This document shows, in pieces, positions 45,139-50,960 of a stretch of 50,960 bases of DNA. Origin of the DNA: Armatimonadota bacterium (GTDB taxonomy: Bacteria; Armatimonadota; Zipacnadia; Zipacnadales; UBA5352). Location of the stretch: contig JBKHFA010000001.1 of the NCBI GenBank assembly GCA_046540615.1, positions 1-50,960 of the forward strand, read 5' to 3'. The notes below the pieces were generated by a model that had not been told where the DNA came from, searched no databases, and saw only the letters and a program-made list of their open reading frames with translations. Numbering within the stretch: position 1 is the stretch's first letter; the number at the start of each line of letters is the position of its first letter. A program made the position numbers and the translations under genes.

Positions 45139-45906
45139 ATGGACGTGATGCAGAACAACCTGCGGGAGATCAACTCACTCAATCAGCGCGGAGGGCGAAT
45201 GCTCAGCGTGGTGGACCTCATCGAGGACGGCACGCTCGATGCCCCGACCTCCGGTCTGATGCTCAGCTTCATGGCCGCGGGCGCATCGTTCCTCACCGCC
45301 GCCGGTCCGGGGGGCGTGGGTAAGACCACGCTGATGGCCGTGCTACTGAGCTTCCTGCCGCCCGACGAGTACATACGCAGCGTCACCGACCCCGCCGCGG
45401 TCGGCGATCCCGATGAGCCGACCTGCTGGCTCTGCCACGAGATCGGCTCAGGCCACTGGTTCGGCTACCTCTGGGGCAGGGAGGCCGCGCAGTTCCTCGC
45501 GCTGCAGCGGACCGGGCGGATCGCCGGGTCGCTGCACGCCGACACCGATGAGGAGATCGCGGCGCAGCTGCTCGGCCCGGACGTGGGAGCCGCGGAGGAG
45601 GACCTTGCAGCGGTGGACCTGCTGCTGACGATGGTCCGCGTGGGCGGATTGCGGCGAACCTCAGTCATCTACGAGTCCGCGAGCGAACACGCGGCCAACT
45701 TCAGCCCGATCGTCGAGTGGGACCGGGGCGCGGACGCCTTCGAGATCGCGAACTCGGAGCACCTCCCGCGCCTGCGGGAGAGCGCCCGCGGACCGGTCCC
45801 GAACACCGAGCGCGCAACGCAGTTCATCGAGGGACTGCTTGAGCGACGCGCGCGCTCCCTCGAAGACGTGATGACGGCGGTGGCCGACTTCTACGCTGAG
45901 CTTTGA
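45139..45906 (+). CDS. small P-loop protein resembling a truncated, partly degenerate VirB11/PilT-type secretion ATPase core
   Basis: Walker A GPGGVGKTT. Downstream, GYLWGREAAQFLALQRTGRIAGSLHAD parallels the GEVRGxEA...TGHxGxxTxHA pattern, but the Glu and His are replaced. GGAGG lies 7 nt before ATG 45139. In-frame upstream ATGs at 44971 and 45028 lack an SD. Confidence 0.6.
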   Translation: MDVMQNNLREINSLNQRGGRMLSVVDLIEDGTLDAPTSGLMLSFMAAGASFLTAAGPGGVGKTTLMAVLLSFLPPDEYIRSVTDPAAVGDPDEPTCWLCHEIGSGHWFGYLWGREAAQFLALQRTGRIAGSLHADTDEEIAAQLLGPDVGAAEEDLAAVDLLLTMVRVGGLRRTSVIYESASEHAANFSPIVEWDRGADAFEIANSEHLPRLRESARGPVPNTERATQFIEGLLERRARSLEDVMTAVADFYAEL

Positions 45907-45936
45907 ACGTACGATCGAACTACGAGGTGACCGTCG

Positions 45937-47964
45937 ATGGCGGAAGCGCGGATCGAAGATGCCGCGGATGGCGGGCTTGTCGTTCACGACCGGGGTGGTG
46001 AGGCGCTGCAGTTCCATCCGCGCCTTGAGGGCGCAAACGCGGAGGGGTTCGACGATGACTTCTTCGACATGCTGATGGAGAGCGACGCCGACGTGCTCGC
46101 CGAGCGCGCCCTGGAGGCTGATGAGCCGTCATACGAGCACGTGGCGGCGATGATGCCCCGCGTGGTGGACGAGACGTTCGTGGGCGACCCGCGGCGCGAC
46201 GAGCGCTTCATCGTGCAGCCCGACGGCAGCGTCGAGGGCCTCCTGGGGCCGCTGGCGGAGATTCCGCCGGACGCGCTGATGCGCCACGGGCGCTGGGGCG
46301 TGATAGACGCGAGACTGCCGCTCCCGATCCTGCGCATCGAGCAGCCCGGACAGCCGCTCCGCGAGCAGATCACCGTCGCGGACATCGACGCCGACGGAGA
46401 TCCCCGACTGCTCGCCCGCAGGCGCATCGGCGAGCACGTCGAGTACTTCGTTCCAGCCGGCAACGTGGGCTCTGCGGAAGATGCGTTCGCCGACGCGATC
46501 GCGTGGCAGTGGAAGATGGCCTCGGGGTTCGCAGCGCGTGGCGTGACCATCGAGAGCGGGGGTGACATGCCGAGCGATCTCGCCGCGAGCAACCTGTGGC
46601 TGGCCGACCTGACCCTGCGGGGCTGCCATCCGCGCTACGGCATCGGCACCTACGATCGCTTCAAAGACCACGGCTTCCCACCGACGGTCATCCACCACGC
46701 GCGCTGCCTCGCGGAGTGGGGGCAGTTCGAGCGCGCCGCTGAGGTGCTCGGCTGCTACCTCGACGCGTACGTCAGTGACGAGGGCACCTTCGTGTACTAC
46801 GGACCGGCGGTCGCGGAATACGGCCAGCTTCTCTCAGTGTGCGCGCGCTACGTCGAGTTGAGCCGCGATCAGCGCTGGTGGCTGCGGCGCGAGAGCGCGT
46901 TGCGCCGCATCTGGGGGAGGCTGCTGGAGCTCAGGCGGGAATCGGCGGAGGACACGATGGCCCCGCCGAACGCCCGAGGGCTCATCCCGGGGCTCCCCGA
47001 GGCCGACTATCAGGGCAGCGCCGAGCAGTGGCGGGAGTACTACTACTCAGGCGACGTCTGGACCATCCGCGGGCTCAGCGACGTCGCGCGGACCCTCCGG
47101 CGCATCGGCGCTGAGGGCGAGGCGTCGAGGATTGAGGCGGAGGTCGCCGATTACGAGCGCGACCTGCTGTCCTCGGTCGAGGCCACGAGCGTGGAGACCG
47201 GCGACGGGGTCTACGTCCCGCCCGGGCCCACGCAGACCGAGCCGATCGAGCGGATGACGCGGGACCGGCACTCGTCGTACTGCAACTACCGCTACTTCGC
47301 GGAGATGGTCTCCGCGGAAGTGCTGCCGCAGCGCGTGGTCCGTCGCGTGCTGGAGTGGCGCAGGGCGCATGGTGGCGAGATGCTCGGCATGACGCGTTTC
47401 ATCGATCACCTCGACGACTGGCCGGTGCTCAACTGGGCCCGCGCGCTGCTCGAGACCAACGAGATCGCGCGCTATCAACTCCTGCTGCACGCGCACCTCG
47501 CCCACCACCAGGCGGCAGGATGGATCGCGGCGCCCGAGCAGGTGAAGATCGTGCCCGATGAATCCGGCGCCCGCCGCTTCCACGCCGGCCAGGTAGTGCC
47601 GAGCCAGGTGGTCGTGCCGCAGATGCTGCGCTGGGCGCTGGTGTACGAGCCGCGTGACAGCGAGACGCTGCTTGTCGCGCAGGCGGTCCAGCGAAGCTGG
47701 CTTTCCGAGGAACTGCGGGCGAAGGGCCTCCCGACGCGCTGGGGGCCGGTGGACCTGTCCATGTGGGCGACGGAGGACCGCGTCGAGTTCGAGTTGCGGC
47801 TGCCCGACGGCGTCCCGGAGGTCGGCGTGCGACTGCCGCTCGCGCCCGGCGAGAAGCTCAAGCGCGTGGACATCGAGGGCGGGATGATGCTGGAGACGTC
47901 GGATGGCGACGTCTTCGTCGCGCCGCAGGCCGAGGCCGTGCGTGTGATCGGGATCTCCGGCTGA
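45937..47964 (+). CDS. hypothetical 675-aa cytoplasmic protein, possibly with an alpha/alpha-toroid (six-hairpin glycosidase-like) core
   Basis: No signal peptide. The central Trp/Tyr-rich helical region includes YYYSGDVWTIRGL and DWPVLNWARALLETNEIARYQLLLHAHLAHH, followed by a C-terminal beta domain. GAGGTG SD is present, and the gene starts 30 nt after the ATPase-like gene. The fold is inference only. Confidence 0.6.
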   Translation: MAEARIEDAADGGLVVHDRGGEALQFHPRLEGANAEGFDDDFFDMLMESDADVLAERALEADEPSYEHVAAMMPRVVDETFVGDPRRDERFIVQPDGSVEGLLGPLAEIPPDALMRHGRWGVIDARLPLPILRIEQPGQPLREQITVADIDADGDPRLLARRRIGEHVEYFVPAGNVGSAEDAFADAIAWQWKMASGFAARGVTIESGGDMPSDLAASNLWLADLTLRGCHPRYGIGTYDRFKDHGFPPTVIHHARCLAEWGQFERAAEVLGCYLDAYVSDEGTFVYYGPAVAEYGQLLSVCARYVELSRDQRWWLRRESALRRIWGRLLELRRESAEDTMAPPNARGLIPGLPEADYQGSAEQWREYYYSGDVWTIRGLSDVARTLRRIGAEGEASRIEAEVADYERDLLSSVEATSVETGDGVYVPPGPTQTEPIERMTRDRHSSYCNYRYFAEMVSAEVLPQRVVRRVLEWRRAHGGEMLGMTRFIDHLDDWPVLNWARALLETNEIARYQLLLHAHLAHHQAAGWIAAPEQVKIVPDESGARRFHAGQVVPSQVVVPQMLRWALVYEPRDSETLLVAQAVQRSWLSEELRAKGLPTRWGPVDLSMWATEDRVEFELRLPDGVPEVGVRLPLAPGEKLKRVDIEGGMMLETSDGDVFVAPQAEAVRVIGISG

Positions 47965-47974
47965 TGCGCCTCAG

Positions 47975-48880
47975 TCACCCGGTGGGCGGAGGCGGCACGA
48001 GTCGCCGCTGCTCGCCGGTGAGGCCGCGATGAAGCGCCGCGCAGTAGACCTGCGGCGGATGCTTGTGCATGCTGGGCGCGCCCTGCGGATCGCCATCGCG
48101 ACGCACGACCGAACCGTCCTCGCCGATGACCTCAGCCGCGACAACGTGCTGGTACCTCAGCGGCTCGGGAGGAAGCCTCGGCACCGCGTCGTCCTTGAGT
48201 ACGTAGCGGTGGAAGCCATCGATCGGGTGGCGCTTGAAGAGGTTTACGAGGCGAACGCCGCCGACCATCGGCGCCCCGAAGGTACACGCGCCACTGACCG
48301 GCAGTCCGCGTTGTCGGAGCCAGGGCGCGGCGAGTGTCGCAAGCGCGCCACCCATCGAGTGCCCGGTGATCCACAGCCGGCGCCCGTCGGCCACCGCCCC
48401 CCGCACCGCATCCTCGACCTGCTCGGCCACCGCCATGAAGCCGCGGAAGAAGCCGCGATGCACGTCCACCTCAGGCCCGAACTCGGTGACGGTGTCCATC
48501 GCAATGTCAGCATCGGTCGCCACCCAGTCACGCAGCGCGTTCACGAAGCGACTCGTGACCTTCACCGGATGCTCGCTCCCTCGAAACACCACCAGCGCGA
48601 TCTCGTCTCCCGTCGCAACCAGCGCCTGCGAGTCGAAGCGCCCGAACGCCGAACGCGAGATGAGGCGCGTCGATGCGTCGAAGCCCCAGTGCGTCATCCT
48701 CGCACGTGCAAGCGCCGGGATGTCGCTCTCCTCGCAACCGGTGCAGTCCGCGACGATGAAGGGGTAGATCCACGCGCTTGCCAGCGCCAGGAGGTAGGCG
48801 TTGAGCGGATCATGCTCCCGCGCGGTGGAGTTGAAATGCGCGAAGCAGTTACGCCCTCCCACCGGCTCCAGCGCGTTCAT
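47975..48880 (-). CDS. class 3 lipase family protein (alpha/beta hydrolase)
   Basis: Motifs VVFRGSE..., HRGF and the nucleophile elbow ITGHSMGGALATLAA. No signal peptide. Confidence 0.8.
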   Translation of the reverse strand: MNALEPVGGRNCFAHFNSTAREHDPLNAYLLALASAWIYPFIVADCTGCEESDIPALARARMTHWGFDASTRLISRSAFGRFDSQALVATGDEIALVVFRGSEHPVKVTSRFVNALRDWVATDADIAMDTVTEFGPEVDVHRGFFRGFMAVAEQVEDAVRGAVADGRRLWITGHSMGGALATLAAPWLRQRGLPVSGACTFGAPMVGGVRLVNLFKRHPIDGFHRYVLKDDAVPRLPPEPLRYQHVVAAEVIGEDGSVVRRDGDPQGAPSMHKHPPQVYCAALHRGLTGEQRRLVPPPPTG

Positions 48881-49824
48881 GACGGGCGATTGCCCGGAGA
48901 GAGGCTGCCGGTCGCCTCGCGTTCATCCGGCAGCCACATGCGCAGCCGACCGGGCGCGATCCGGATGCTCAGTGATCTCCGCTCAACGACCTCGCCGTCG
49001 ATGAGCACCGGGGCGCGCCGTGGCTGCTCGATCCTCACCTCGCGCGCGCTCCACCGCTCAAACTCAGGCTGATCCACGTGCTTCCCGGCCATCGCCAGCG
49101 GGATCATCTCAAGCGCTCGACCAGGAGTCGTGTGCTTCATGAGCACCACGTCGAGGCGGCCGTCGTCGATCCGCGCGCCCGGCGCAATCTCGAACCTTCC
49201 GCCGTGGTTCGGACAGTTCGCGACCTGCACCAGCAGCGCATCGCCCTCCCACGCCTCACCGTCGATCTCAAGACTCAACCGCGTGTCGATCTCCTCCGAA
49301 AGCTCCGCGGTCATGGCGGCGAGGTAGCTCGCGCGCCCGATCAGCGGTCGGCCGAGGCGCTCGGCGCGCTGAACCGTGCGGGCGTCTGCCCCGACGCCGA
49401 CGGCAACCGCGCTCCACCGCGCCCCTCCGTCGATCTCAAGCAGGTCGATCTCCACCGGGCGACCCGGGGTGAGTTGCGCCGCCGCGGTCTTCGGATTGAG
49501 GCTGATACCCGCGGCCCGCGCCAGGTCGTTCGCCGTCCCCGCGGGGATCACGCCCACGATGACCTCATGCTCAACGCAACCCTCCACGACCTCGTTGAGT
49601 GTCCCGTCACCGCCGCAGGAGAAGATGACATCAAACTCCGGCACGCGCTCCTGGGCGATCTCCGTCGCTTCGCCGCGGAAGGAAGTGACGGCTTTCTCCG
49701 CCTCCCAGCCTTCGGAGCGCAGATGATCCACCGCGTCGGAGGCGAGATCGGGGCCTCCCCCCCGTCCCGACGTGGGATTCGTGATGATCAGCGCACTGTG
49801 ATTCGAATCTTCGCCCATGCCCAT
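48877..49824 (-). CDS. diacylglycerol/lipid kinase family protein (YegS/BmrU/DgkB-like)
   Basis: ALIITNPTSGRGG, the catalytic-domain motif CGGDGTLNEVVEG, and IPAGTANDLAR. 4-nt overlap with the downstream lipase gene. Confidence 0.85.
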   Translation of the reverse strand: MGMGEDSNHSALIITNPTSGRGGGPDLASDAVDHLRSEGWEAEKAVTSFRGEATEIAQERVPEFDVIFSCGGDGTLNEVVEGCVEHEVIVGVIPAGTANDLARAAGISLNPKTAAAQLTPGRPVEIDLLEIDGGARWSAVAVGVGADARTVQRAERLGRPLIGRASYLAAMTAELSEEIDTRLSLEIDGEAWEGDALLVQVANCPNHGGRFEIAPGARIDDGRLDVVLMKHTTPGRALEMIPLAMAGKHVDQPEFERWSAREVRIEQPRRAPVLIDGEVVERRSLSIRIAPGRLRMWLPDEREATGSLSPGNRPS

Positions 49825-49836
49825 CCTCGCACACTC

Positions 49837-50960
49837 TCACTTCAGGCCATCGATCATCTCGCCCAGCAGCACGGCCTCCCACTCCGCTGCGGCAATCCAC
49901 GAGTGCAGCTTGATATCCGGTCGAGAGGAGGCCACGACCGGCGCGCCTTCGTCCCGAGCCGGGTCGGGATCGTTCCACAGCTTCGTCCGCACATGCTCCA
50001 TCAGCCGCAATGCCAGCGCCCGCCACGGCTCCTTCTCGTCGGTGATCCGCGAGATCCGCAGCAGAGCCGCCGCGGCCATGAAGCGGCACCACGTGAAGCT
50101 TGAGAAGAGCAGCCCACCGCCCTCCCGCTGATACTGCAGGTCGATCGTCGGCCGCGGGTCGCCATCGTCTATCCGCGAGGTGCACAGATACCACCGCGCG
50201 GCCCGCTTCAACGCCGCCCGCACATCACTGCGATCCGCCAGACCGAGCGCTTCGGCCGCCACGAGGAAGTGGTAAAGGCCCATCCCCTGGTCGGGCACGT
50301 TCTGCTCACCGAAGCGCTGGCCGCGACCGATCTCGGCGAACGTGTAAGGCCAGACCCCGATCGCCTCCTGCCCCTCGAGGTAGTGCTCGAAGCCCCGACG
50401 CGCTGCCTCAAGCCATGCGCCGCGCGGATCGGCTCCCTCTGCCGCGAGCGTGTTGTATGCGCGACTGAGCGCCATCGCGGCCAGCGCGTTCGAGTTCTGA
50501 CAGTCATGCGTCGCGCCCTCGTGGTGGGCAAAGACCCCGGGGCGAAGCTCGCTCCGCTCGATCCACTCCGCGCCCATCCGAAGCCGCCGGATGTCCTCTT
50601 CATCGGGCTCCAGCCCCGCCTCGATCGCGGCGCACAGCAGGTTGATGATGATCGCCGTGTCCACCCCGTCCACGGGCGGCAGCGGGTCGGTGATGCGACG
50701 GAAGTCCACCTGGTGGTCCCCGCCCCACTCGCCGGAGACCATGTGCGCCCAGCCACCTCGCCGCTCACCATCAGTGTGCTGGCCGGCGTAGACGTAGCGG
50801 CGCGCATCGACCGCGCGATCGTACCAGTCCGGGTCGCCCGCCCCCTGCCAGAGCCGCGCGAACGCAACCGCCGCCGCGGCGGCATCGCGAAAGTCGTACT
50901 TGTCTTCCTCCGAGTACACCGCCCCGAAGTGCGGGTCGCCCTCGTCGCGAACCTGACGGC
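49837..50960 (-). CDS. alpha/alpha-toroid-like hypothetical protein, 5'-partial (the frame is open to the window end)
   Basis: No stop lies between the first in-window start (GTG 50919) and nt 50960. Helical repeat pattern with conserved W/G/D residues. It ends 12 nt before the lipid kinase start. Confidence 0.6.
   Translation of the reverse strand, partial: RQVRDEGDPHFGAVYSEEDKYDFRDAAAAAVAFARLWQGAGDPDWYDRAVDARRYVYAGQHTDGERRGGWAHMVSGEWGGDHQVDFRRITDPLPPVDGVDTAIIINLLCAAIEAGLEPDEEDIRRLRMGAEWIERSELRPGVFAHHEGATHDCQNSNALAAMALSRAYNTLAAEGADPRGAWLEAARRGFEHYLEGQEAIGVWPYTFAEIGRGQRFGEQNVPDQGMGLYHFLVAAEALGLADRSDVRAALKRAARWYLCTSRIDDGDPRPTIDLQYQREGGGLLFSSFTWCRFMAAAALLRISRITDEKEPWRALALRLMEHVRTKLWNDPDPARDEGAPVVASSRPDIKLHSWIAAAEWEAVLLGEMIDGLK

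Overview
This is a high-G+C (about two-thirds by eye) bacterial chromosomal segment that is densely coding; I call about 37 CDS. No rRNA, tRNA, CRISPR array, transposase or integrase was recognisable by eye.

Content:
- Housekeeping genes: holB, and the dprA-topA pair.
- An apparently complete envelope-type transcription unit: TPR / M16-like / PQQ beta-propeller / LapA-like.
- Large secreted glycan-active-looking proteins co-oriented with two DUF1559 proteins. These carry a type IV pilin-like N-terminus ([25 protein letters not shown]). That protein family is typical of Planctomycetota, Verrucomicrobiota, Armatimonadota and similar phyla; the phylum assignment is inference only.
- Nonulosonic-acid genes (neuA/neuB-like, plus a DegT aminotransferase 3.4 kb away).
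- Several orphan genes.

Many long ORFs in the six-frame track are antisense shadow ORFs or N-terminal over-extensions. I trimmed starts wherever a Shine-Dalgarno (SD) sequence, a signal peptide or a family-typical N-terminus supported a later start.

Most interesting unexplained signals:
1. Two arrays of four TTAAY pentamers phased at exactly 11 bp, each with a -10-like hexamer at a fixed distance. The second array drives only a roughly 70-nt C-rich segment that ends in an intrinsic terminator just upstream of holB (candidate sRNA or attenuator).
2. A 673-bp hairpin-dense non-coding region upstream of an orphan hydrogenase-maturation-protease homologue. It shares a 23-nt motif with two other intergenic regions.
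3. A two-gene unit of a degenerate VirB11/PilT-like P-loop protein plus a 675-aa protein of unknown function, just downstream of the neuA-neuB-like genes.
4. An FG-GAP protein whose signal peptide is only encoded if translation starts at a non-canonical codon.

I cannot show from sequence alone that any of these is a new system. All functional calls rest on motif recognition without database searches.
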